Of a stretch of 32,000 bases of DNA, positions 1-9,146 are shown piece by piece; position 1 is the first letter of the stretch; every line of letters starts with the position of its first letter. A program made the translations under genes and the position numbers. This stretch comes from Flavobacteriaceae bacterium (lineage in GTDB: Bacteria; Bacteroidota; Bacteroidia; Flavobacteriales; Flavobacteriaceae): positions 1,320,001 through 1,352,000 of the forward strand of contig OZ245049.1 of NCBI GenBank assembly GCA_965224465.1, in the 5' to 3' direction. A model generated the notes under the pieces. The model worked only from the letters and a program-made list of their open reading frames with translations. It had not been told where the DNA came from and made no database searches.

Positions 1-2
1 GT

Positions 3-800
3 ATTGCACATTCTCTAACAGTTCCAACATTAACTGCAGAACTTCCAATTGTTAGAACCTATGTATTAATAATGTCTGTTATAGGAATTAGTTCTTGGAT
101 TTACAAAATATTCTTATTCAACGTTTTTAATAAAAAACTAGAGTATACAATACAAAATGTTCAACATTTCTCCAATGATACTACCGAACTTTTACTGCAA
201 CCAATAAACAAATCTTTAGATTTTGAAGCAGGACAATTCACATTCTTATCTATAGATGGATTTAACAATAACGAAGCACATCCTTTTACTATTAGTAACA
301 ATAAAGGCGGCGAACAACTACGATTGACAATAAAATCTTTGGGAGATTACACGTCCTTATTACAGACAAAAATAAAAGAAGGTCTAAAAGTAAAAGTACA
401 GGGAGCATACGGAGTCTTTAATTTTAAGAAAGCAAATCATAAAAAACAACTTTGGTTGGCTGGGGGAATTGGAATAACTCCTTTCTTATCTTTTTTACAA
501 CAACCTTTAACTGATTTTGATATTACATTAATTTGGAGTGTAAAAACAGTAGATGAAGCTACTTATAGAAATGAAATAGAACAGGTAGCCGAAAAATACA
601 AAAACGTTCGGTTTATTATTTGGAATTCAGATAAAAAGGGATACTTTTCAATAGACAAACTATACAATGCCTCAACAATTAAAGACCACTCTATATTTAT
701 TTGTGGTTCAGAAGTAATGAGAGAGAGCTATATAAGTCAATTGCTAGAAAAAGGAACACCTATTGATGCTATAAATTATGAAGAATTTAGTTTTAGATAA
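3..800 (+). CDS. Ferric-reductase-like FAD/NAD(P)-binding oxidoreductase (5' partial, continues upstream of window)
   Basis: The track ORF is 72..800, but the same frame has no stop codon back to nt 3, so the N-terminus (probably a transmembrane heme domain) lies outside the window. 'HPFTISN' is an FAD-binding motif and 'LAGGIGITPFLSFL' is a glycine-rich NAD(P)-binding motif of the ferredoxin-reductase/FRE type. Confidence 0.7.
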   Translation: MAHSLTVPTLTAELPIVRTYVLIMSVIGISSWIYKIFLFNVFNKKLEYTIQNVQHFSNDTTELLLQPINKSLDFEAGQFTFLSIDGFNNNEAHPFTISNNKGGEQLRLTIKSLGDYTSLLQTKIKEGLKVKVQGAYGVFNFKKANHKKQLWLAGGIGITPFLSFLQQPLTDFDITLIWSVKTVDEATYRNEIEQVAEKYKNVRFIIWNSDKKGYFSIDKLYNASTIKDHSIFICGSEVMRESYISQLLEKGTPIDAINYEEFSFR

Positions 801-809
801 CATATAAAT

Positions 810-1256
810 ATGCTAACAATTATCCAGGTTTTAGAAATAGTTTCATTGGTCTCTGTAGGAATAGTTACAGGTTCAACTTTTTATTCTTCGATGGTAGAAA
901 TACCCGTACGTACAAAAACATCTGAAATTCAACAGATGGAAAATTGGCGTTTGGTATTTCCAAAAGCAAGTAGCTTGCTAAAAACTATGGGGAATATAAC
1001 AATGGTTCTTATTTTATTAACTTGGTATTTAACAAAAAATACGGGATGGCTTATTGGAGCCATCCCGTTATTTCTTTTAATTCCTTTTACTGCTATTTTT
1101 ATAGCAAGAACAAATCGTAAAATCATCGCTAAAAAAGATATGAAAGGTGTTTCTAAAATCATACGAAGTTGGGATAAATTACATCACGTTCGTACGGTAT
1201 TAGCAATTATCTCTTTTCTTATTTGCACCGTTACTCTTGTACTTAAGCATTCATAA
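810..1256 (+). CDS. DUF1772-like (anthrone-oxygenase-like) four-helix membrane protein
   Basis: 148 aa with four hydrophobic segments. The C-terminal 'W..LHHVRTVLAIISF' resembles the conserved W-x-x-x-H/x-x-R-T block of DUF1772. Starts 9 nt after the upstream flavoprotein gene. Confidence 0.55.
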   Translation: MLTIIQVLEIVSLVSVGIVTGSTFYSSMVEIPVRTKTSEIQQMENWRLVFPKASSLLKTMGNITMVLILLTWYLTKNTGWLIGAIPLFLLIPFTAIFIARTNRKIIAKKDMKGVSKIIRSWDKLHHVRTVLAIISFLICTVTLVLKHS

Positions 1257-1391
1257 CCAATAATTCATACACATTGGGATCGTTTTAAAAAGACATCCAA
1301 AGTACAGCTTCCCTCCTATTATTTAGCGCATTATTAAAATACGTCAGGTCTCCAACTCATTCTACAAAATAAGTCAATCAATGGAAGGAAC

Positions 1392-1465
1392 TTTTCAACA
1401 ACGCTGCAACGTAAAATAAACTATTTATATCGGTCATCTTAGATTATAGTTGGTATTACATCAAA
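1392..1465 (+). repeat. Copy A of a short conserved non-coding element (core AACGTAAAATAAACTATTTATATCGGT at 1408-1434)
   Basis: Hand alignment with the reverse complement of 15312-15384. The 27-nt core matches 26/27. The wider 43-nt block, which includes the core, matches about 38/43, and weaker similarity continues for about 30 nt more. Confidence 0.6.
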
Positions 1466-1532
1466 TTTGCGTTTTATCTTTTTTTTGGAAACGAATACAA
1501 ATTATACTTTATAGTGTCTCATTATATGGTTT

Positions 1533-1563
1533 CTTTTTCACAAGCTCTTTGTGAAAAAAGTTT
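1533..1563 (+). terminator. Hairpin CTTTTTCACAA-gctc(t)-TTGTGAAAAA(A)G followed by TTT; terminator-like
   Basis: A 10-11 bp inverted repeat read directly from the sequence. The T tract is short and the stem is A/U-rich, so strength is uncertain. Lies about 100 nt downstream of repeat copy A. Confidence 0.3.
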
Positions 1564-2096
1564 ACTAAACAAAGGTAATTCTAAGCTGTTTTGTCTTGAA
1601 AAAATAATTCAATATACTCATATGATTTTAGGAAATTAAACGGGGATCACTCTATAAAAACAACATCATTTAACACCTTTTTCTTAAGTCCATAACCTAA
1701 ATGCAAGCCCATGAGGCATAAAAAAGAAAAAAACTTAATCATTTCGATGCGAGCATTGAGGAATTAAACCCACTGGTGGGATTAAATTCACTAGAAAAGA
1801 CAGTCTCAGACACTTCTCAAAAACAAGCACATTTATTCCCTTACAAAAACACGTTTTAACCGCTCATTCTTCTTCGTTTTTTAAAAACCAACACCTTATA
1901 AAAAAAACAATTGATAACTATAACGTTATCGTAAAACAAGGGCAATCTGATCAAAAATCACAAAAAACAACAAATTAAACAGTTTTTGAACAATCACCCC
2001 CTTATTTTAGAACTATACCCCCCGTGTTTTCTGAGTGCTAAGTTGTGACATTTACCACAAGTAAATAATTAACCTTAACTAAATCAAATTATTAAC

Positions 2097-5051
2097 ATGA
2101 AAAACAATATTTCTATTTTAGGAAGTACACGTACCTCTCTTTTTCGGGGGGCGATGTTTACTTTACTAATTATGTTAGGTACAAATTCGATATTTGCACA
2201 ATCGATCACCCTAAAAGGAACCATTAAGGACACAGATGGAATGCCTTTACCCGCAGCAAATATTTTGGAAAAAGGAACACAAAACGGAGCTGTTTCAGAT
2301 TTTGATGGGTTATACACTATCAATGCACCCAAAGGAAGTACATTGATCTTTAGTTTTATTGGATTTACATCTAAAGAAATTGTGGTAGGAAACCAAACTA
2401 CTCTCAACGTAGTTTTAACAGGAGCAAATACCTTAGACGAAGTTGTAATTGTAGGATATGGAACTACCAAAAAAAGCGATTTAACAGGTTCTATTTCCAG
2501 TGTAGGCGCAAAAGATTTTGAAAAGCAGCCTGTATTCAGAGTAGAGGATGCATTACAAGGGCGTGCTTCTGGAGTACAAATTTCAAAAAATTCTGGTGCA
2601 CCGGGTGCAGCAATTAAAATTCGTATTCGCGGCGCCAATTCTATAAGTAGTAACAACCAACCTCTTATTGTAATAGATGGGATTATTGGAGGAGAACTTA
2701 CAGGGATCAATACCAACGACATTGAATCTATGGAAATTTTAAAAGATGCTTCGGCTACCGCAATATATGGTTCTCGTGGTGCCAATGGGGTCATCTTAGT
2801 AACTACAAAAAAAGGAAAAGGGGAAGCAAAAGTAAATATCAGTTACTTTACAAGTATTTCTGAAGTTCCTGATTTTATTGATGTATTAAAGCCTCAAGAA
2901 TTTGCAGACATTCATGGAATTACTTTTGATGGCAATGGAGAAAACTACCAAGATCGTTATTTTCAAACAGGCATCACCAACAATACCCAAGTATCTTTAA
3001 GTGGTAGTGAGGGGAAAATAGGTTATTTTATTTCTGGAAATTTAGTAGATCAAACAGGGGTAACAATTAATTCAAAATACAAACGTCACTCTTTAAGATC
3101 AAATTTAAACGCCAAGTTTAACGATAAGTTATCCGTGAGTTTAAAATTAGCAGGAAGTATTGAGAAATCGTTAAATTTAGTAGCAAATGGATCCAGAACT
3201 TCTTCAGACAGACGTGCAGGATTAACTGCTGTATTGGGATGGGATCCTACCACACCACTCCGTGACAAAAACGGAAATTACAATTTAACATCTACCAATG
3301 CTGTTGGATTGGTTAATCCAATCGCTGTGCGTGAGCAATCAGATGTAAACTTGACTAAAAACAATTTAGACGCCAACTTTACAGCCAATTACAAAATAAA
3401 CAAGCACCTTACCTATACATTTGTTGGAGGTTTATTACACCGAAACAGAATTATAGAAAGCTACCGAGGAATTCCTGCAGGAAGTAGTGTAGAACTTGCA
3501 AAAGCAGGTGGCTCTTTTGGGAGTAGTTTAGCATTACAGAACAGTAATATTTTGACCTGGCAAAAGGAATTTGGTAAGAACAATATCAAGCTTACAGGAA
3601 TCTACGAAATTCAATCGACTCAAAACAGAGGGTTTTCGGCTTCAAGTGGTCCATTAACAATCCCTGGAAACTTCTTTTCTTTGCGATTAGGAACAACTCC
3701 TGGAGTAAATGCTACCTTATCAGAAAACAGTATGCAATCTTGGATAGGACGTGGAGAATACAATTATAACGGAGAATTATTTATAACAGGAACGATTCGT
3801 TCGGATGAATCTTCTAAATTTAGAAAAGGAAATAGAACAGGTATTTTTCCATCTATTTCTGCAGCTTATAACTTATGGTCAATCTTACCCGAAAATTCAT
3901 TTATTGGAAACTTAAAAGTACGCGTAGGATATGGTGAAACAGGAAATCAATCTATTTCTCCTTACTCCACTTATAATACAATTTCTACTACTTCTGCAAA
4001 CTTCCCGTTGAATGGTTTAGAGGAAAGTGTAGGGATTAAATTAGGAAACACTGGAAATCCTGATTTAACATGGGAAACAACCAAACAATCAAATGTTGGA
4101 TTTGACTTCTCTGTTTTTGATGGACGTATCAAGTTTTCAGCAGATGCGTATAAGAAAAACACCACCGATTTATTATTGGCAGTTCCTGTTCCAGGATACG
4201 AAGGAGGAGGAAACGTTCTGAAAAATATAGGCGAAGTTTCAAATACAGGTTTTGAATTTAACATCAACGGAACAGTATTCGAAAAAGAACAGTTCTCGTG
4301 GACAAGTTCTTTCAACTTTACAAGCAATAAAAACAAGGTAGAACAATTGGCAGGAGATCAACAACAAATGATTATTGATCCTGTTGGACACATGTCTAAC
4401 AGTACTGGTGGAATGGGAATTATCAAAGTAGGAGACCCATTGGGACAATTTTATGGAGCTACTTTCTTAGGAACTTATAAAACTGGAGATACAGATGGAA
4501 CTCCAGGAAGTGCAAAATACCTTCGTGATACAGATGGAAAATTAGTATTAGGAGTGATTGGAAATGGAACACCCGATTATACTTGGGGATTCAATAATAC
4601 TTTTACTTATAACAACTTTGATTTAAATGTACTATTTACTGGATCTCAAGGATTTGATGTATTAAACCTAACCAGAGCACAAATTTCTATGGCAGGAGGA
4701 AATGTAAACAATGCTACTATTGGAGAATACCGCAACCGTTGGACCGCAGAAAATCAAACTGATATTCCTACTACTGGAAACAACTTGGTAAACTCATCTA
4801 GATATGTAGAAGATGGAAGTTTTATCCGACTAACTAATATTGCTTTAGGATATAACATTCAAGGAATCAAAGGATTTAATTCTATTAGAATTTATGCCAG
4901 TGCACAAAACTTATTCACTTTAACCGATTACAAAGGGTATGACCCAGAAGCAAGTTCTACAAGTGCCAGTAGTGATTCAGGATCATCTATAGACTGGGGA
5001 GCATTTCCAAACCCAAGAACATTCACTTTTGGAATTAACATTGGACTTTAA
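2097..5051 (+). CDS. susC: SusC/RagA-family TonB-dependent outer-membrane transporter
   Basis: 984 aa. Signal peptide ending 'IFAQ'. CarboxypepD_reg-like N-terminus ('ITLKGTIKDTDGMPLPAANI...DFDGLYTI'). Plug motifs 'VVIVGYGTTKKSDLTGS', 'ALQGRASGVQI', 'IRIRG', 'PLIVIDG', 'DIESMEILKDASATAIYGSRGANGVILVTTKKG'. C-terminal beta-barrel ending in F/L. No STN domain. Confidence 0.95.
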   Translation: MKNNISILGSTRTSLFRGAMFTLLIMLGTNSIFAQSITLKGTIKDTDGMPLPAANILEKGTQNGAVSDFDGLYTINAPKGSTLIFSFIGFTSKEIVVGNQTTLNVVLTGANTLDEVVIVGYGTTKKSDLTGSISSVGAKDFEKQPVFRVEDALQGRASGVQISKNSGAPGAAIKIRIRGANSISSNNQPLIVIDGIIGGELTGINTNDIESMEILKDASATAIYGSRGANGVILVTTKKGKGEAKVNISYFTSISEVPDFIDVLKPQEFADIHGITFDGNGENYQDRYFQTGITNNTQVSLSGSEGKIGYFISGNLVDQTGVTINSKYKRHSLRSNLNAKFNDKLSVSLKLAGSIEKSLNLVANGSRTSSDRRAGLTAVLGWDPTTPLRDKNGNYNLTSTNAVGLVNPIAVREQSDVNLTKNNLDANFTANYKINKHLTYTFVGGLLHRNRIIESYRGIPAGSSVELAKAGGSFGSSLALQNSNILTWQKEFGKNNIKLTGIYEIQSTQNRGFSASSGPLTIPGNFFSLRLGTTPGVNATLSENSMQSWIGRGEYNYNGELFITGTIRSDESSKFRKGNRTGIFPSISAAYNLWSILPENSFIGNLKVRVGYGETGNQSISPYSTYNTISTTSANFPLNGLEESVGIKLGNTGNPDLTWETTKQSNVGFDFSVFDGRIKFSADAYKKNTTDLLLAVPVPGYEGGGNVLKNIGEVSNTGFEFNINGTVFEKEQFSWTSSFNFTSNKNKVEQLAGDQQQMIIDPVGHMSNSTGGMGIIKVGDPLGQFYGATFLGTYKTGDTDGTPGSAKYLRDTDGKLVLGVIGNGTPDYTWGFNNTFTYNNFDLNVLFTGSQGFDVLNLTRAQISMAGGNVNNATIGEYRNRWTAENQTDIPTTGNNLVNSSRYVEDGSFIRLTNIALGYNIQGIKGFNSIRIYASAQNLFTLTDYKGYDPEASSTSASSDSGSSIDWGAFPNPRTFTFGINIGL

Positions 5052-5072
5052 TCTTTATAACAGAAAATTATC

Positions 5073-6617
5073 ATGATAAAATACATAAAAAAATCAGCAT
5101 TAAAAACGATAACAGTATCGTTGTTAAGTGCAAGCATGTTATTTGTAGCTTGTGTAGATTTGGACGAAGATGTATCAAAAGCACGTTTAGACCCTTCCAA
5201 CTTGAATTCGAAAGAAGCTCTAGAAGCGTCCATTACAGGAGCATACAAAGAAGTAGGTCTCGCAATTAAATGGTCTCAATTTTGGATCAATTCTTTTGGA
5301 GGTGATGACATTACCACACATAGTGGAAAAAACAAAATAGCTTTTAGAGAAGCTGACACCCGTACTTTAACAGCTACTTCTGCACGTATTAATACCGCTT
5401 ATGAAGGCTCTTATAAAATTATAAAAGCAGTAAATAACATCATCGAAAACGAAGCTAACTTTTCGGGTAATGACCCTGTTGCAATAGATGCAATTATAGG
5501 AGAAGCTTATTTTTTAAGAGCTTTTTCTTATATGCACCTGACCAATACTTTTGGTAGAGTTCCTTTGAATTTAACAGTTGCAATAGAAAATGATTTAGGC
5601 TATTCAGAGATCATAGATATCTATAAACAAATAGAATCTGATTTACTTAAAGCAGAAAGTTTATTGCCTAATAAATATCCAAAAGTAAATGCTGCTATCC
5701 GTCCAAATAACGGATCTGCACGTGCAATGCTTGCCAAATTATACCTACACTGGGCAGGATACCCTTTAAAAGATACCAGTAAATATGCGATGGCAGCCTC
5801 TAGTGCGAAAAAAGTAATTGATAATGCCTCTTCTCACGGTTTTGCCTTGGTGCCAGACATGAATACCTTATGGTCTACCGCAGACAATAACAGACTGAAC
5901 TCCGAAATAGTATGGGGAGCAGCACATTGTGTATCTTGTGGAGTAACCTATGCAAACAGACATACAGGAAAATTAGGCTACCCTGCTTCTATGGGAGGAT
6001 GGAGTGAAATTTTTGCAGAAATAGGATTGTTTGAAACCTTCCCTGCAGGAGCAAGAAAAGATGCCACTTTTGTAACTGAAGGTAAATTAAAGAAAGACGA
6101 CTCGGATGGAATTCATAAAAAGGGCGATGTTGTAAATTGGAGAGAATTTGATGATGAAGCTCATCCAATGTATCGTAAAGTGACTGGGTTTTTATCAGAA
6201 GTTTCTGCAAAAAGTTCTAGCACAAGTATGACCACCTATTTTATGCGTTACGCCGATTTATTATTGATCTATGCAGAAGCCGAAGGTAGATCTGGAGGAA
6301 ATGCAGCAGACGCATGGGAAGCATTGAACAATGTAAAACGTAGAGCAAATGGATTGCCAGTAAACACTCCAGATGCATCTGTAGATATCACAAGTGGTGA
6401 TTTAGCAGAATTAGCATTTACAGAACGCAAATGGGAATTGGCAGGTGAATACATCCGATGGGGAGACCTCGTACGTATGGAACGTGTTTCATCTGCATTA
6501 AGTTTAAGATCAACGGATGAGTTAGTAGGACCTATTACAGGAAATACTGCACCAGAAAATTATTTTTCTCCTATCCCACAATCAGAAATTGATAAAGCTC
6601 CACAATTAGGAAAATAA
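5073..6617 (+). CDS. susD: SusD/RagB-family nutrient-binding outer-membrane lipoprotein
   Basis: 514 aa, 21 nt downstream of susC. Lipobox 'LFVAC'. TPR-like SusD motifs ('GEAYFLRAFSYMHLTNTFGRVPL', 'RAMLAKLYLH', 'MRYADLLLIYAEA', 'ERKWELAGEYIRWGDLVR'). Confidence 0.9.
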   Translation: MIKYIKKSALKTITVSLLSASMLFVACVDLDEDVSKARLDPSNLNSKEALEASITGAYKEVGLAIKWSQFWINSFGGDDITTHSGKNKIAFREADTRTLTATSARINTAYEGSYKIIKAVNNIIENEANFSGNDPVAIDAIIGEAYFLRAFSYMHLTNTFGRVPLNLTVAIENDLGYSEIIDIYKQIESDLLKAESLLPNKYPKVNAAIRPNNGSARAMLAKLYLHWAGYPLKDTSKYAMAASSAKKVIDNASSHGFALVPDMNTLWSTADNNRLNSEIVWGAAHCVSCGVTYANRHTGKLGYPASMGGWSEIFAEIGLFETFPAGARKDATFVTEGKLKKDDSDGIHKKGDVVNWREFDDEAHPMYRKVTGFLSEVSAKSSSTSMTTYFMRYADLLLIYAEAEGRSGGNAADAWEALNNVKRRANGLPVNTPDASVDITSGDLAELAFTERKWELAGEYIRWGDLVRMERVSSALSLRSTDELVGPITGNTAPENYFSPIPQSEIDKAPQLGK

Positions 6618-6642
6618 TCTAATACCATTAGTTATTTAAGTT

Positions 6643-6679
6643 AGCACTTTGAGTATTCGTACTCAAAGTGCTTTTTTTG
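6643..6679 (+). terminator. Rho-independent terminator after susD
   Basis: AGCACTTTGAGTA-ttcg-TACTCAAAGTGCT: a 13-bp perfect stem with a 4-nt loop, followed by TTTTTTTG. Confidence 0.85.
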
Positions 6680-6929
6680 TACCGCATCTCATCTCCTAAA
6701 TAAACAACAACGGCATCCAAGCACACGAAAAATCCTTCTAAAAAAGACAATAGCCTTCCCAAAATCAATCCACGAAAAACACCCCCCTCAAGAAGGAATT
6801 AAATGGTTCAAATACCCCCTGTTTTTGAACGCTTACTCTTTTGTTTTTATGAAGCATCTAATTATATTGCAGTCATCATTTAACATATATTAAGTTTACA
6901 ATATCAATTCTAATTCATACCAGAGCCTA

Positions 6930-9146
6930 ATGCGAACCTCATCTACTATTGTAATGCCTCAGAAAACTGAACTTCGATACCATTTAAACACTTGTACAGT
7001 ACGCCTACTGCTACTCCTAACCATGTGTTTATCACTATCCAACATACGAGCTCAGAGCACAAGTCAATTAATCATTTCCGATTTAGACAGTTCACAATCT
7101 TCTCTAAAAAAAATACAGACCAACTATACTAAAGGTGCTGAAGAAAAAGCCTTTAAACAGTTATTATCACTGTATCAATCTAAGAAAAACACGTATCTAG
7201 ACATCCGTTCATCAGAACTTATAAAACTAAAAAAAACACATAAAGCATCGGTTTTAAAAACTATAGAAAATGCAGATCGTATTTTAAAAAATACGTTTGT
7301 TTTTAGACATCACTGGGCTATGGAACGCACTCATATTCCACATCATTTTAAAAAAGAAATAGATTGGACAGCCATGCCTAATGGAGATCCAGAATGGTGT
7401 TACATGTTAAATCGTCATCGCTTTTTAATTGATTTAGGACAAGCATACGCCCTAACAGGTAAAGAAAAATACGCCAAAGGATTTGTTCGAATTCTAAGCC
7501 ATTGGATAAAAAACAACCCTTTAAAAAACGAATTAAAAAACGTATCATGGAGGAGAATTGAAGTAGGAATACGTGCAGAAACCTGGATCAAAGCATTTGA
7601 ATATGTAAAAAATTCTAAGCAAATCAGCCCAAGATTTTTTGAGCAATTTATAAGCTCATTATACCAACATGCGACTTTTTTAAACAGTAATTTTAGTGGT
7701 TTTTCTAAAACGAGTAACTGGGGTGTTCTTGAATTTCATGGTTTATTAAATATTGCCGTGTTCTTAAACGAATTTAAAATCTCAAATACATGGAAAGAAA
7801 ATGCAATCAAAAATTTAAGTACCTGTATTGATCTTCAAATATTAGAGGATGGTAGCCAATGGGAACAATCTCCTATGTATCATAACGAAGTATTCCATTG
7901 CTTTCTAAATGTAAACCTCATTGCACAACGCCATCATATAAATTTACCGAAAAACATTATTGAAAAAACAAAAAGGATGGCCTATGCAAATATTGCTTGG
8001 CAAAAACCAAATTTTAATCAACCAATGTTAGGTGATAGTGACAATACAGACGTACGTGACTTGCTAACCCTCGCTACAAGTATTTTTAAAGATCCAATCT
8101 TAAAATCTCGCAGTTTTGAACAGATAGATTTTGACAATCAATTTGTAATGAACCCAGTTCAAAAAAAGGAATACCTGAAAACACCAAATCAGTCACCTCC
8201 TTTTCTATCCACTTACAGAGAAGATTCAGGTGATTTTTATATGAGATCTTCTTGGAAAAAAAATGCTAGTTATGCTAGTTTCCACTTAAAAAAATTAGGT
8301 GGAGGTCATGGTCATGATAATATTTTGCATTTCAATATTTTTGCACATGGACAAGACTACCTCGTAGACCCAGGGAGATTTACCTACGTAAACACGCCAT
8401 GGAGGGATTATTTTAAAAGCAGTAATAATCACAACACCCTAGAAGTAGATGGACTTCCAAATAGTATTTATAAAGATTCGTGGAGCAATTCTTTTGAAGC
8501 CATCTCTAACAATCAATTTACAAAATCCACTCCTACTTTTGATTATGCTGAAGCTACAAATTATGCTTACAACCGATTAAAAGACCCCGTTACAACTAAA
8601 AGACGACTCTTATTTCTAAAGCCCGAAGTATGGTTGATTGTGGACAGTTTTAGTGGAAAAGAATCACATACGTACACTCAAAATTTTATTTTTCCAAATG
8701 ATATTATCACCAAAGATTCTGACGGAATTATTACAACATACGCTTCCGAAAACTTACGTATCAAACCTTTAAACAATGTAGATATCACACTTAAAGATGC
8801 TTGGTTTTCCTCTGAATACAATTTAAAAACTCCCTCAAAAAAAGCTGTGTTTTCTATAAAAAGAAAAGGGTTTACTTCGCTTACCACCTTGCTTTATTTC
8901 CCAGAGAACACCCTTATAAAAACAAAAGAAATACCTGTTTACTCGAGAAGAAATATGTTAATCCCTACAGAAAATGCAGAGGCTATATCCTTAGAAATAA
9001 ACGATAAAAAATATATTTTACTCGTTGTTCATCAACAGACTTCTCCTGCCAATACTTTTTATAAAGTTGCAGATTTTTTAGTAAGAGGAGAAGTGGTACT
9101 CATCGAAATTAACAAGACAAAAAACAAGGTTACAATTATTAAATAA
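6930..9146 (+). CDS. Secreted heparinase II/III-family polysaccharide lyase (Hepar_II_III_N + Hepar_II_III architecture, PL12-like; PL15/PL17 not excluded)
   Basis: 738 aa. Signal peptide '...LLLLLTMCLSLSNIRAQ'; an alternative start is M at 6954. N-domain block 'DPEWCYMLNRHRFLIDLGQAYALTGKEKYAKGFVRILSHWIKNNP...SWRRIEVGIRAETW'. C-domain block 'GGGHGHDNILHFNIFAHGQDYLVDPGRFTY...NHNTLEVDG'. Confidence 0.85.
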   Translation: MRTSSTIVMPQKTELRYHLNTCTVRLLLLLTMCLSLSNIRAQSTSQLIISDLDSSQSSLKKIQTNYTKGAEEKAFKQLLSLYQSKKNTYLDIRSSELIKLKKTHKASVLKTIENADRILKNTFVFRHHWAMERTHIPHHFKKEIDWTAMPNGDPEWCYMLNRHRFLIDLGQAYALTGKEKYAKGFVRILSHWIKNNPLKNELKNVSWRRIEVGIRAETWIKAFEYVKNSKQISPRFFEQFISSLYQHATFLNSNFSGFSKTSNWGVLEFHGLLNIAVFLNEFKISNTWKENAIKNLSTCIDLQILEDGSQWEQSPMYHNEVFHCFLNVNLIAQRHHINLPKNIIEKTKRMAYANIAWQKPNFNQPMLGDSDNTDVRDLLTLATSIFKDPILKSRSFEQIDFDNQFVMNPVQKKEYLKTPNQSPPFLSTYREDSGDFYMRSSWKKNASYASFHLKKLGGGHGHDNILHFNIFAHGQDYLVDPGRFTYVNTPWRDYFKSSNNHNTLEVDGLPNSIYKDSWSNSFEAISNNQFTKSTPTFDYAEATNYAYNRLKDPVTTKRRLLFLKPEVWLIVDSFSGKESHTYTQNFIFPNDIITKDSDGIITTYASENLRIKPLNNVDITLKDAWFSSEYNLKTPSKKAVFSIKRKGFTSLTTLLYFPENTLIKTKEIPVYSRRNMLIPTENAEAISLEINDKKYILLVVHQQTSPANTFYKVADFLVRGEVVLIEINKTKNKVTIIK

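Noticed and set aside
2084-2794. 236-aa minus-strand ORF overlapping the 5' end of susC
   Set aside because: It lies entirely antisense to the highly conserved plug region of a confident SusC gene. Its product is low-complexity and Pro/Ile/Ser-rich with no motifs. This is a typical shadow ORF of the codon-complementary frame.
6801-6820. tRNA T-arm-like string GGTTCAAATACCCCC
   Set aside because: No acceptor stem, D-arm or anticodon arm can be built around it. It forms part of the C-run motif described in the findings.
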